DNA of 64,000 nt from Candidatus Daviesbacteria bacterium (GCA_027451625.1 DAIDIY010000048.1:26917-90916); one strand, 5' to 3'; shown: positions 46,798-57,409, numbered from the stretch's first letter. The notes: generated from the sequence alone by a model not told the origin. Translations and numbers: made by a program.

Positions 46798-49110
46798 CTA
46801 ATGATGTCTCGCAGCAGGGGCGCTACCCATTGATGACCTAATCATAGCCCATATAAGTTCGAATAAGACGCCTCTTAAATTTAACCTTGTTGCAAGAATA
46901 TCTAGAGCGATCAATGATTCAAATCCTTTATTCTCAATGACTTTATCCCAGGCATTTCTAATTTCAGTTTCATCAAGTCTCATCTGTCGCCCTCTTTGAG
47001 CAACCATTAAATCCAGAGAAGACATCGAAGGTCTGGCGATATGCATGACGTGCTGACCCTCGTGAGTCTGCTCAAATCCTGCTAAATTAACCAGCATGTT
47101 CCGTATATTGCTAAACTGACCTGCACCTTGGTTAAAAAACAATCCCCCAAATTTAACCATTCCTTCTTCGCTGGGATTTGCTAAATAACCTTCACCTGAC
47201 TCTGCTTGTGACCTTATCTGATCAGGAATCAGAACCCGAGGAGCTAGTTTAAAAGAAGGTCCTTCAATAAGCTTAAAATCAAAAAGTCTAATTCTACCAT
47301 CATCAGATTTAAATGCCGAATTTATTGATGAATCCTCTATTACTTCTTCAATAAAGCTTTTCCTTTCTTTCAGATCATCTGGAGATATATTTAAAGAATT
47401 AAGATCTTCTATACGAAAAATTGTATTTTGTAAAGATAAAGATATACCTGAAGGCCATTTATAATCACCCCCATCCATTCTTCCTTTCACACCAAATATA
47501 GCATAGGTATAATTGGCTGCCATCTCAGCAGGATTCTTTTTACCAGCAACTGCAAACCTTTTTGATAAACTTTTATATAAGTCTTCAGGCAAAAGACTAA
47601 AAAAATCTCTATTATTAAAATCTACACCTTTTACTAATTCATAATACATTCTATATTTTGAATGTCCAGCACGATATCCTAATCTTGCTTTAATATTTAA
47701 ATTTCTAGCAGTATAAGAACCAGTGCCTTCCATCTCTACTCCGTACCAATCTAAGCTTCTTCCTGTATTTAAAAATTTAATCATTTCCTCTTCAGCTTTT
47801 GGATCATTGGGATCAAAAATGCGAGTAACTCCCTTTTCATCCACTCCAACCAATTTTTCATGATAATATTTTCTAAAATCCATCTCCCATTTTCTCTCAG
47901 CTATTCTCATAGCTGACTCTAAAGCAGCTTTCATATAAAATGCATGTCTGCTTTTCTCTTTATCAGATAGGTCTTTATCCGGTCTCCCTTTCTCCCAATT
48001 AGCAAAAACCTCATTTTCTATCTCTTCTCTCATCTTCTCCTTTGCACTGTTATCTTTTTTAATAAAATCTCCAGCATGCCTTTCTAAAGCTTGATAGAAA
48101 TGGAACACTAGAAGAGGTGAATTATTAGTAAGGTCATAATTTTTTTTATTACCTTCCGAATCTTTATAGCTGAACTTATATGCATCAGGAGCATCGACCA
48201 TTAAAAAATTAAGCTGATCATTATATTGTGAACCTATCGCACCGACTATTCCTTGTGTGTCTTTAGCTTGATAAAACTGAACGTACGCTTGATGAAAATG
48301 AAGTCTCCTATAAAATTCTCTATACATTGCATCACCTAAATGCTTCAACCGATAGCGGCGTTCATCATACTCATCATCACTTTCTTCGTTTTGTATAGGT
48401 TCTCCATCAGGACCGGATCTTTCACCAGGCTTAAATTTAGGAACAACCTCTGTTGTTCCTGATCCAATAGATACAGTTTTTTCACCTAGACCGGGAAGTC
48501 TTATCTTTTCTTCTACTTTAAGACTTTGCATAAGAGGTAAAACCAAAATAAATTCATTCAATCTCCTCCTATTAGATTGATCTCCTTCGGGAGCTAGACT
48601 CGACTCAATTTTATTCAATAACTCTCTCATCTCCGCAATTTTTGCCTCATCATCTCTTGGAAGATAGATATCTCGCGGGTAACCCACTTCAGACACAATA
48701 GTAAATCTTTCCCATTCTCCCTCTCTCATCTCCTCTGCAGATTTTGTCGCTTCGGAAGAAATTGACCTCGTAAAAGATTGTGCTAAAGCGGAAGCCTGTT
48801 GTTGTCTTCTAAAAGCTTCTGTCAATCGTAACTGTATCTCACTTTGTGCTTGCTGTTGTATCTGTTGGCGTAAAGCTATATCTGCTTGCATTTGTTGCTC
48901 TGCAGTCATCTCACTCATTCGATTCCGATATTCAGGAGTAGAAGTATGTTGTTGATATAATTGATCCACTCTACTATTTAAACTCCCGAATGCATCAATA
49001 TTTTCAAAAGTTTCAGACTCCTCTCTCCCCACATTCTCTTGAGGATTAGTATGCTCTGCGGGGTTAGGTGGATTCGATTCAGGATTATCCATTGGTCGTT
49101 CTAAAGACAT
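46798..49110 (-). CDS. hypothetical large soluble protein (770 aa)
   Basis: Acidic, no TM, N-terminal coiled-coil or Gln-rich region. No recognisable catalytic motif. Sits on the opposite strand inside the T4SS-like locus. Confidence 0.4.
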   Translation of the reverse strand: MSLERPMDNPESNPPNPAEHTNPQENVGREESETFENIDAFGSLNSRVDQLYQQHTSTPEYRNRMSEMTAEQQMQADIALRQQIQQQAQSEIQLRLTEAFRRQQQASALAQSFTRSISSEATKSAEEMREGEWERFTIVSEVGYPRDIYLPRDDEAKIAEMRELLNKIESSLAPEGDQSNRRRLNEFILVLPLMQSLKVEEKIRLPGLGEKTVSIGSGTTEVVPKFKPGERSGPDGEPIQNEESDDEYDERRYRLKHLGDAMYREFYRRLHFHQAYVQFYQAKDTQGIVGAIGSQYNDQLNFLMVDAPDAYKFSYKDSEGNKKNYDLTNNSPLLVFHFYQALERHAGDFIKKDNSAKEKMREEIENEVFANWEKGRPDKDLSDKEKSRHAFYMKAALESAMRIAERKWEMDFRKYYHEKLVGVDEKGVTRIFDPNDPKAEEEMIKFLNTGRSLDWYGVEMEGTGSYTARNLNIKARLGYRAGHSKYRMYYELVKGVDFNNRDFFSLLPEDLYKSLSKRFAVAGKKNPAEMAANYTYAIFGVKGRMDGGDYKWPSGISLSLQNTIFRIEDLNSLNISPDDLKERKSFIEEVIEDSSINSAFKSDDGRIRLFDFKLIEGPSFKLAPRVLIPDQIRSQAESGEGYLANPSEEGMVKFGGLFFNQGAGQFSNIRNMLVNLAGFEQTHEGQHVMHIARPSMSSLDLMVAQRGRQMRLDETEIRNAWDKVIENKGFESLIALDILATRLNLRGVLFELIWAMIRSSMGSAPAARHH

Positions 49111-49255
49111 AGGCTTATCTCCTTTTACAACAATATTCTTTATAGGATATTATACCATTTTGAGTTAAGCTTAGCCTAATTCAAACTATAATCTCTTTCA
49201 AATTTCTTGTCAATTTTATCTAACCGATTTCTATCAAAAATCTAAAAATAAAAGT

Positions 49256-50629
49256 TTATCTAAATATTTTTTCCATACGTTCTTTTATTTTTACCATTCT
49301 AGCTGCTTCATCATATCTGGTTTGGCATTCTCTACAAATATTGCATTGTGCAACTTCTACACTTTTTTTTCCACAGCCATTAGTACAATCTCCAATTCTC
49401 CATACAAGCTCCGGATGAGAGATGTCTACCACATCATACACAGACCCTCCATTAATAAATGGTAAAATGTTTCGTCTCTCTAGACCAGAGTAATTAGTGA
49501 AAGATCGTCCTTTACTTAATAACTGTCTCTGTCCCCAATCTCCACAAAAATCACCATTAGAGCCGCTGTAAACCATTAATTCCGCTCCAATAAAAGATTC
49601 TTGATACCTTCTTCCTCCTAAGAGCTCTACCTCTCTGTTTTTTTCCAGCCAGTACATAGAAAGAGCTTCTTTAGTTGCGTTAATATATTCTTGACGGACT
49701 TTTGCCTGAAGTTCATCTGGGCTCTGACCGGATTCTATTCGTGACAAAATCCATTCAGCAACAGATGGAGCTGCAAATTCTTTTATTAGCTGATGTAATC
49801 TTTTATCTTGTACAGCTTGAATTGTATCTGCTGACAAGTTAAATATTTTGTTATCCTTTCCTGCTTCGTTTTTTGCCTCACCTAATAGCCTCCAGACTTC
49901 GCCGACGTTAAAATCGTATTTCGTTTTTGCAATTGTGGTCATAGATCTATCAAGGTCAGGTTTAATCTCCGATTCTTTATCTATAAAAAACTCAGTCCCG
50001 ACTTTCTTAAGGAAGATATTAAACGCATCCCTCTGCAAATCCATTTTGAAATCATATACCACCATTCTTCGGGCTTCTCCTTCTCCGTAAATTTTTGCCA
50101 TATAGGCATATCCATAGCTACCGTTATACTTTTGGATAAGAGGGTCTTCCCAATCTTCAGCTTTTAAACTCCCCCAAAACAGCACATTCTCATCTTGGCT
50201 GTTTAGAAACTGATTTCTAACTTCTGTCATTGCTGTCCGGTCCAAACTTCTTCTCCAATCAGAAAATGTACTTAAAACATCTTTTTCTAAAAACAAATAC
50301 TCTGGAGCAGTCATGTACGGTTCTGTTGTTTGTGAATAGCGTGCCTTGATATATGTATGTTGAGGTGGAGTCAATTGAAGTCTTACTCTCGATTCAGTAT
50401 CAAAAATAAAATTACCGTTCTCCTTTTCAGAAGATATTTTTTCAGTTATTAAACCTACCCCATCATTTATAAGAGATGTTCTAACTACATTTCTAGCTCC
50501 GTTTGAACCCAGCTTCTGAACAGCTTCTTGATATAAATGATAGTATCTACTGACGTCAAAGACTCTCAGGTCTGAAGTTGATGTATAAGTGTGTTGAAAA
50601 TCAGCTAAAGATGATAAAGTTCGTTCCAT
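49256..50629 (-). CDS. hypothetical protein with C-terminal Cys4 zinc-ribbon
   Basis: 457 aa; C-terminal CTNGCGKK...CNICRECQ (CxxxC...CxxC). Co-directional with the 770-aa gene. Confidence 0.4.
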   Translation of the reverse strand: MERTLSSLADFQHTYTSTSDLRVFDVSRYYHLYQEAVQKLGSNGARNVVRTSLINDGVGLITEKISSEKENGNFIFDTESRVRLQLTPPQHTYIKARYSQTTEPYMTAPEYLFLEKDVLSTFSDWRRSLDRTAMTEVRNQFLNSQDENVLFWGSLKAEDWEDPLIQKYNGSYGYAYMAKIYGEGEARRMVVYDFKMDLQRDAFNIFLKKVGTEFFIDKESEIKPDLDRSMTTIAKTKYDFNVGEVWRLLGEAKNEAGKDNKIFNLSADTIQAVQDKRLHQLIKEFAAPSVAEWILSRIESGQSPDELQAKVRQEYINATKEALSMYWLEKNREVELLGGRRYQESFIGAELMVYSGSNGDFCGDWGQRQLLSKGRSFTNYSGLERRNILPFINGGSVYDVVDISHPELVWRIGDCTNGCGKKSVEVAQCNICRECQTRYDEAARMVKIKERMEKIFR

Positions 50630-50988
50630 GCTTTCTCCTGCTCGGGATATAAATATCTTTAGAAAACTTCCAGCACAAAATTTTAATCTTCTATCTTTGT
50701 TTTCTAAAAATGATGGTCGGTCTCCGGACTTATCAAAATAAATTGAATTACCGTTGCGGCACAGTTCTCGAATTACACGAGATTCCCTTCTTTGAATCTT
50801 ATCTGTTGTCTACAGACGATTCACCACAACTGAAATTTACTCCAACTTTTTTTGAAAAACAAGAGGGTAAACACGTTCATACTAACTTGCTAAGTTGTAC
50901 ATCCAAATAAGTCTTATTAATGAGTAATTGATCTACTTTGAACTTCTTGTCACGTATTTTTTCACGCTGTATAAAGATGGAGTAAAGT

Positions 50989-52146
50989 ATGGATGCACAT
51001 CCTGTCCCACAAAATGTGACTTCTTTTGAGTTCCACCTGGTTGGAGATATGACTCTAAAGCAATTTGGATATCTTGCAACGGGGTTAATTATTGCCTATA
51101 TCACATTCTTATTTTTTTTTAATAACCTTCCGTATGTAGCAACTCCAATTATTGCTATCTCTGCTGGATTAGGAGCAGCTTTTGCCTTTTTGCCCATCTA
51201 TAATCGTCCTTTAGATCACTGGGTAAACGTCTTCTTTCATGCTATATTCTCTCCTACCCAGAGAGCATGGAGAACCCCAACAGACAAACCAATACCAAAT
51301 GACCTAAGAGCTGAATTAATTAAAAACCGCCTTCATCTTTTTATGCAAAGCACTGCCATACCCCAATCCTCCTATGGAACACCATTTCCTTCTAACTCTG
51401 CATCTATTAATTTAAGACGTCTACCTATAAATACCCACCCAAACTTAAATTTTCCTTCACACCCTAACTCTTCTAATAAACCTGAACCATCTCAAAATCA
51501 AACCTTAAAACCGACTAAAACAGGCTCGACAACCTCTAAGATGCCTACCCCTGAGGAACTAAACCACTTAGTAGAAATGGCCCGACAGACCCAAATGCTT
51601 CAGAGTAAAACTCTCGAATTGGAAAAAGAGCTCTCCCAACTTAAGTCTTTGCTTGCATTACAATCTACAAAAGGATCTTCTCCTGTTCAGCTGTCACAAA
51701 CAGGATCAGTAGTTCAGCAAGCTGGATCACAATTAAATCAATTGCAAAAACAGGCCATACAAGTTGCACAGCAAAAAGTTCAACCTCCAATCCCTAACCC
51801 AACTCCTCCTGCTAAACCCCCTAAAGTCGTGATAATAGAGCCTCCAAAACAAACAAAAACAGTAATTGCCTTAACATCGCTACCCAATATTATTAACGGT
51901 ATTATTACAGATACAGTCGGAAATTATCTCGAAAATGTAATTGTCATAATTCATAATCAGGATAACCTACCAGTCAGGGCTTTAAAAACCAATAAACTTG
52001 GCCAGTTCACAGGAGCCACGCCGTTACCTTCTGGTGTTTACACTATTACAATGGAAAAGGAAGGATTTGATTTTGACACATTACAAATAACTCTAAACAA
52101 CCAGATTGTTCCACCAATTAAAGTTACGGCAAAAAAAGGAGGTTAA
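50989..52146 (+). CDS. VirB10/TrbI-like architecture: TM anchor, Pro-rich linker, coiled-coil, C-terminal beta domain
   Basis: Two TM helices (aa 35-75); Pro-rich aa 100-290; coiled-coil (LEKELSQLKSLLALQ); C-terminal domain GIITDTVGNYLENVIVIIHN...GVYTITMEKEGF resembling a carboxypeptidase-regulatory or Cna-B-like beta-sandwich. Directly precedes VirB4. Confidence 0.35.
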   Translation: MDAHPVPQNVTSFEFHLVGDMTLKQFGYLATGLIIAYITFLFFFNNLPYVATPIIAISAGLGAAFAFLPIYNRPLDHWVNVFFHAIFSPTQRAWRTPTDKPIPNDLRAELIKNRLHLFMQSTAIPQSSYGTPFPSNSASINLRRLPINTHPNLNFPSHPNSSNKPEPSQNQTLKPTKTGSTTSKMPTPEELNHLVEMARQTQMLQSKTLELEKELSQLKSLLALQSTKGSSPVQLSQTGSVVQQAGSQLNQLQKQAIQVAQQKVQPPIPNPTPPAKPPKVVIIEPPKQTKTVIALTSLPNIINGIITDTVGNYLENVIVIIHNQDNLPVRALKTNKLGQFTGATPLPSGVYTITMEKEGFDFDTLQITLNNQIVPPIKVTAKKGG

Positions 52147-53136
52147 ATGTTCTCTACTCAACAAGCTATATTAATCGAGGACATTAAAGATGATCTAATA
52201 TTTTTAAAAGATGGCGGCGCATCCTTAATTCTCAATACTACTGCTGTTAATTTCGGTTTACTTTTTGAGACAGAGCAAATGGCTATTATCGATGCTTTCG
52301 CTCAACTGTTAAACTCTCTTTCATTCCCAATACAAATTGTTATTCGCTCAAAAAAAATGGATATCTCTTCATACCTTAGCACACTTGAGAGAGCTTTAAA
52401 GTCACAAACTAACCAACTCCTCGCTCAACTAACTCTAGATTACCGGAATTTTGTTGAAGGATTAATTAAGGAAAACGATGTACTCGATAAACAATTCTAT
52501 GTTTGCCTTTATGTTTCAGCAATCGAAATGGGAATTTTACCTAAACAACAAACTGATAGGAGTAGAAAAGCTAAAGCAATGCTAGAAACAAGAAGAGATT
52601 TAATATTAAGGCAACTGAACAGAATTGGGCTCAAAGCGAGACAGCTTGCAACAGCTGAGTTAATTAATCTCTTTTATGATATCTATAACCCAGATAATTG
52701 GTACTTCTCCACTGATGACGAAAGTGTAGTCGATCCTGAAGCAGAAAGAAAAGAAAACGAATTACAAACGTCAACTCCCAACATACCTTCACAACTCAAA
52801 CGAATTGTTCCTCAAACACCTATTGTTCAACACACACTTCAAAGTAACCTCCAATTAAGACCGATACCTCAACTCGTTCAACATCAATCACATCTAGAAC
52901 CTAGATCTCCACTACAACAAAATTCTACCCCTCTTTCTCAAAACAACCCACAAGCTACAAATATATTTCAAAAACCTCAAATTCCATTTCAAATACCAGT
53001 TAATGGGCCTACAGTAAATCCTTTACCTCCAATAAAACAAAATCCACCAAATAGCCAACAGCCATCGCAGAACAATTCGATAAATAGGGCCTCTCCGTTT
53101 ATAGTTGAAGAACTAAAAGATGACTTTGGATCCTAA
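52147..53136 (+). CDS. VirB4/TrbE/CagE N-terminal domain protein (first part of a split VirB4) with Gln/Pro-rich tail
   Basis: N-terminus AILIEDIKDDLIFLKDGGASLILNTTAVNFGLLFETEQMAIIDAFAQLLNSLSFPIQIVIRS matches the VirB4/CagE_TrbE_VirB N-domain. Residues ~230-329 are Q/P-rich. Overlaps the next ORF by 17 nt in another frame. Confidence 0.6.
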   Translation: MFSTQQAILIEDIKDDLIFLKDGGASLILNTTAVNFGLLFETEQMAIIDAFAQLLNSLSFPIQIVIRSKKMDISSYLSTLERALKSQTNQLLAQLTLDYRNFVEGLIKENDVLDKQFYVCLYVSAIEMGILPKQQTDRSRKAKAMLETRRDLILRQLNRIGLKARQLATAELINLFYDIYNPDNWYFSTDDESVVDPEAERKENELQTSTPNIPSQLKRIVPQTPIVQHTLQSNLQLRPIPQLVQHQSHLEPRSPLQQNSTPLSQNNPQATNIFQKPQIPFQIPVNGPTVNPLPPIKQNPPNSQQPSQNNSINRASPFIVEELKDDFGS

Positions 53137-54850
53137 ACCTAAAATAGATCTTACATTGCAAGATGTCGTTGCCCCTGCTGAATGGGAGGTAGATTTTTCA
53201 CACCTACGGATCAATCAAACTCTTTTTAGAAGCTTTATAGTTACTTCATATCCAAGATTCGTTGATCCAAATTGGTTAGAACCACTAATTGCGTTTGACC
53301 ATTCACTTACCATTTCTATGTTTATTTATCCAACTAACTCCGCTGGTGTTATGGATGACTTAAAAAGAAAAATTGCAGAGATGGAGGCAACTCTCCAATC
53401 AGATTTAGATAGAGGCAGAGCTGTTGATCCGTCTGTTGAAGTTGCCTTAGAAGACGCAGAAGCTCTACAAGACCAATTGGCAAGAGGTACAGAGAGATTC
53501 TTTCAATATTCTTTGTATGTAACAGTACCTGCAAAAAATAAAACTGAACTTAATAACATATCACAGCTTGTAACATCAACTTTGAGAAGCATTTCAATTA
53601 CGGCATATCCATCTGTTTTGGAAATGGAAGATGGTTTCAAGTCAACTCTTCCAGTAGGAGAAGATATGCTATATGTTCCTCATAATATGGATACCACTTC
53701 TTTAGCCACTACGTTTCCATTTACTTCCTCTGAATTAACATCGCCCCAAGGAGTAGTTTATGGAATTAATGAGCATAATGATTCCTTAATAATCTTTGAT
53801 AGATTCAGCCAAGAAAATGCTAATTCAACAATTCTTGCTACCTCTGGAGCTGGAAAATCGTATCTGGTCAAACTAGAAACACTGCGATCTCTAATGTTAG
53901 GTACAGAGGTCATTGTTATTGATCCTGAGCGTGAATACTTAAAACTTGCTCAAGCTGTCGGAGGAGATTATATAAATTTCTCCACGAACTCTCCCATAAA
54001 GATTAATCCATTTGATCTTCCAGAAGTCGCAGACCAAGGAGAAAACGAACTGGGGAGAAAGATACTGTCATTAAGTGGCTTCCTAAAACTAGTATTAGGA
54101 GAACTTACCCCCCAAGAGTCAGCCATTTTAGATCGAGCTTTAAATACTACATATAGAATTAAAGGTATTACTGAAGATACTAGAACACAAATGGGAAAAA
54201 AGGATACTGAAATGCCACTAATGGAAGATCTATATAAAGTACTTTTGGGCATGGAGGATCAAGTATCAACAGGACTGGCGGTCCGACTTGAAAGATTCAT
54301 CAGAGGATCGCTTGCGGGAATTTTCTCTGCTCCATCAAATTTAAGAATTTCCAACCTACTGACAATCTTTTCTGTCCGTGATTTACCAGAACAACTTCGG
54401 CCTCTAGCAATGCATCTAATTTTAGATTACATTTGGACTAAGATTAGGAAGGAACAAAAAAAGCGGATATTGGTTGTTGATGAAGCATGGTATCTGATGA
54501 AATATCCTGACTCTGCCAGCTTTCTAGTTGAAATGGTAAAAAGGGCTAGAAAGTATTTTCTTGGAGTAACTACAATCAGCCAGGATGTTGAAGATTTCTT
54601 AGAAAGAGATCATGGAAAAGAGGTTATCTCAAACTCATCAATGCAAGTTTTACTTAAACAAGCGCCTGCATCAATTGAAAGGATAGGTGAAACATTCAAT
54701 CTCTCTCAAGGAGAAAAAAGGCTATTACTTTCATCTGGAGTCGGACAGGGCTTATTTTTTGCTGGTAATACTCATGTCGCGATGAGAGTAGTTGCTTCTC
54801 CAAAGGAACACCAATTAGTTACAACTAATCCCACTGAATATCAAAACTAA
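53120..54850 (+). CDS. virB4: VirB4-family type IV secretion ATPase (C-terminal catalytic part)
   Basis: Walker A ILATSGAGKSYLVK; Walker B RILVVDEAWYLM; downstream GVTTISQDVEDF; upstream FRSFIVTSYPRFVDPNWL. Confidence 0.8.
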   Translation: MTLDPKPKIDLTLQDVVAPAEWEVDFSHLRINQTLFRSFIVTSYPRFVDPNWLEPLIAFDHSLTISMFIYPTNSAGVMDDLKRKIAEMEATLQSDLDRGRAVDPSVEVALEDAEALQDQLARGTERFFQYSLYVTVPAKNKTELNNISQLVTSTLRSISITAYPSVLEMEDGFKSTLPVGEDMLYVPHNMDTTSLATTFPFTSSELTSPQGVVYGINEHNDSLIIFDRFSQENANSTILATSGAGKSYLVKLETLRSLMLGTEVIVIDPEREYLKLAQAVGGDYINFSTNSPIKINPFDLPEVADQGENELGRKILSLSGFLKLVLGELTPQESAILDRALNTTYRIKGITEDTRTQMGKKDTEMPLMEDLYKVLLGMEDQVSTGLAVRLERFIRGSLAGIFSAPSNLRISNLLTIFSVRDLPEQLRPLAMHLILDYIWTKIRKEQKKRILVVDEAWYLMKYPDSASFLVEMVKRARKYFLGVTTISQDVEDFLERDHGKEVISNSSMQVLLKQAPASIERIGETFNLSQGEKRLLLSSGVGQGLFFAGNTHVAMRVVASPKEHQLVTTNPTEYQN

Positions 54851-54855
54851 ACAAC

Positions 54856-57387
54856 ATGGCTCAAGATACGGAACAAAAGCAAGATCTTTCAGACTTAGAG
54901 CAAGCCTTAAGTTGTGTAAACCCCTTTCGTCGTAAAACTTTACAAGTACTCTACAAATCACATCCTAAAACATATCAAAAGATAATTGAACAAACAATTA
55001 AGATTTTAATTAAAAATGAACCTTCTTTAAAAAATATTTTTGAATATTTACATAAACAGGAAAATGGTAATGAAATCTTTTTAAATCATCTTTACAAAGA
55101 TAATTTCTACTACACAAATCTTTGGAAAAAAGCTCATCCCGACCTGACTAGTCAGGGGGTTATAAATAATAAAATTGAAGAAATAAATAAAACAGCCATC
55201 GCAACTCGAGAACAAAAACAAAAGGTTTTGTCCGAAAAAAGTGTTTTTGAACCTCTCAATATCCAAAATGAGGTAAAAAATACAGATACAAAGAAAAATG
55301 TTCAGACAGAAAAAGAAGAAACATCGAAGGCCAGCCGACCTCCATCTCAACCCGAAAAAATTTTGTCTGGATCTAAAAAAACAACTCTTCCTAATGCTGC
55401 TTTCCCTCCTTATTCAGCAGCTCCTATAACTAACCCCGTTAACCAAACCTCAGATTCCCTTATAGACTCATCAAAAATTTCTCCCTCGGAAGATAAGATA
55501 TCCAGAGAAGCTAATATTAATATAGTCCCAATAGACCTTCAGGAAATAACCGTTCCAAAGGTTGCCCCATTAATTTCTTCTACTAAAAAAGTTGCTGGGT
55601 CCTCAGTTACCAAAAACATTCTTTCCAATGCAGCTATCTTAATAAAAAAAACAGTTGGTAAGATTTTGATCCCTGAAAACATTATTTATTTGCCCGCTGT
55701 TTTAGCCAGCGCTGCTGTAGGTGGAGCAGCTGCACCTATTATAGGTATCTCTCCAGCTGTTGGTATGGCCCTTGGCGGAGGTGCAGGCGCTACTATTATT
55801 CCGCAAGGTACTAAACGAGGTTGGTTTAACAACACCCTTAATATGGCTTTAAACTTTATACCGGGACCGGAGGGGACAGCAATTAATCTGGGAAGAAGAG
55901 TCTTAGGTAGCAGACTCGGAGTCAAGCAAGTTGCTCAAAAAGGTCTGATTGCATTTTTTAGTACTCCTCTTGGATGGGGAACTATTGGAGTTATTATTTT
56001 TTTATTTATCGTTATCTTAATTACCCAACAGAGCTCTGCCATGCTTCCTCCTTACCAGGTAGAAGGAATTTCTGAAGTCTCTGTGGCAAATTCCACACCA
56101 GGAGCTTCACTATCTCCAACAAACACTCCTGGCAGCGGAGAATCTCCAATTGGTTATGCTATACCCATAAGAGATACATCTGTTATTCCAAATACAAGTA
56201 ACACAATCGCACAAGCTGTTCAAAGTCTTTGTGGTGGTCAAGGGTATGGTGAGCCTCACTTGGAACTTTGGCAAGACCTCATTCAAGCAAGTGTTGATAA
56301 GGGTTGGAATCCATCATTTGTATCTGCGCTATGGATAGAAGAAACAGGTGCTCAATGTCCTGCTGTATATGACGATGCAGTAGGGTGTGGAAATGATCCA
56401 AATAAAAGTTCTCCTGATGCAAAAAAACGATTATTTAATTATGCTCTACCTTGTTTAGATAGTTTTTTTACTAATTGGTTTCCGAGAGGTTATAGTAATG
56501 ATCAGTTTCAAAAATTTATGTGTATTTATGCTGATGGCCCTAGCGGGTATCCGGCATGTAACTCCTCAAAATATACTGGGTTTATTTCTAGAGTAAGTTA
56601 TTGGTATACAAAACTATCTGGAAATAATTCTAGTATATCTCCTACCCCCACAACAGAATCTATCCCAAACGATATTACAGGGAAAATAAACACTATAAAT
56701 CAGCAATTTCATATCGATTTTAGTAAGTTTGATTTTCAGAGTGCGGGGTTAACTACATCTCAATATAACCAAGATCTTCAATGGGCCTGGGCGGATTTAA
56801 ATCTTGCAAAACAAGTTGCTCCTAAATTTGATACACTTCTTGGAAATGTACAGATAGAACTAGGATCCCTGCCGTATAATTACAGGAGCGGCCAAACTGT
56901 TAACTTCTCTAAAAACTACTATTTCTTCACTACAGAAAATTTTTTCAAACAGAATTTCATTCACGAGTTAACCCATGTTATAAACGATGGCCAACCTGGA
57001 AAATATGGAGTCGATTTATGGAACCAAGCCATCACAAAAGAAGGATACATTAGTCAATACTCTTCCGCTGCCACCCCTGGAGATGTTTCTCAAATTTGTA
57101 CATATAGTTATCCATTAGCAGATGAAGAACAATATATGTCAGCTGGAAACACAAACCCAAACGATACAATCCTTCAATACATTGATGCAAGAGACGACGA
57201 GGATTTCTCAGAATCTGTAGCTTATTATATTACCAGCTTTTATGATCCTCCTATTGTAGAAATGCCTTATGGTAACAGCGCTACAAGTCCTTCCTGTGCA
57301 GGTGTAGAAAATTCTACCAATCCGTTTACTGGTGGAGGGCACCCCTACCATACAGAATTTATAAAAAAGATATTAGGCGGGCAGTAA
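54856..57387 (+). CDS. large multi-domain protein: Gly-rich TM segment, lysozyme/transglycosylase-like region and HExxH metallopeptidase-like motif (candidate T4SS-associated cell-wall hydrolase or effector)
   Basis: 843 aa. Central Gly/Ala-rich hydrophobic block (AAVGGAAAPIIGISPAVGMALGGGAGA), then ITQQ. GQGYGEPHLELWQDLIQASVDKGWNPSFVSALWIEETG resembles lysozyme/SLT-type active-site regions. FIHELTHVINDG carries HExxH. Confidence 0.35.
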   Translation: MAQDTEQKQDLSDLEQALSCVNPFRRKTLQVLYKSHPKTYQKIIEQTIKILIKNEPSLKNIFEYLHKQENGNEIFLNHLYKDNFYYTNLWKKAHPDLTSQGVINNKIEEINKTAIATREQKQKVLSEKSVFEPLNIQNEVKNTDTKKNVQTEKEETSKASRPPSQPEKILSGSKKTTLPNAAFPPYSAAPITNPVNQTSDSLIDSSKISPSEDKISREANINIVPIDLQEITVPKVAPLISSTKKVAGSSVTKNILSNAAILIKKTVGKILIPENIIYLPAVLASAAVGGAAAPIIGISPAVGMALGGGAGATIIPQGTKRGWFNNTLNMALNFIPGPEGTAINLGRRVLGSRLGVKQVAQKGLIAFFSTPLGWGTIGVIIFLFIVILITQQSSAMLPPYQVEGISEVSVANSTPGASLSPTNTPGSGESPIGYAIPIRDTSVIPNTSNTIAQAVQSLCGGQGYGEPHLELWQDLIQASVDKGWNPSFVSALWIEETGAQCPAVYDDAVGCGNDPNKSSPDAKKRLFNYALPCLDSFFTNWFPRGYSNDQFQKFMCIYADGPSGYPACNSSKYTGFISRVSYWYTKLSGNNSSISPTPTTESIPNDITGKINTINQQFHIDFSKFDFQSAGLTTSQYNQDLQWAWADLNLAKQVAPKFDTLLGNVQIELGSLPYNYRSGQTVNFSKNYYFFTTENFFKQNFIHELTHVINDGQPGKYGVDLWNQAITKEGYISQYSSAATPGDVSQICTYSYPLADEEQYMSAGNTNPNDTILQYIDARDDEDFSESVAYYITSFYDPPIVEMPYGNSATSPSCAGVENSTNPFTGGGHPYHTEFIKKILGGQ

Positions 57388-57409
57388 ATTATTTGTTAAT
57401 ATAATAATT

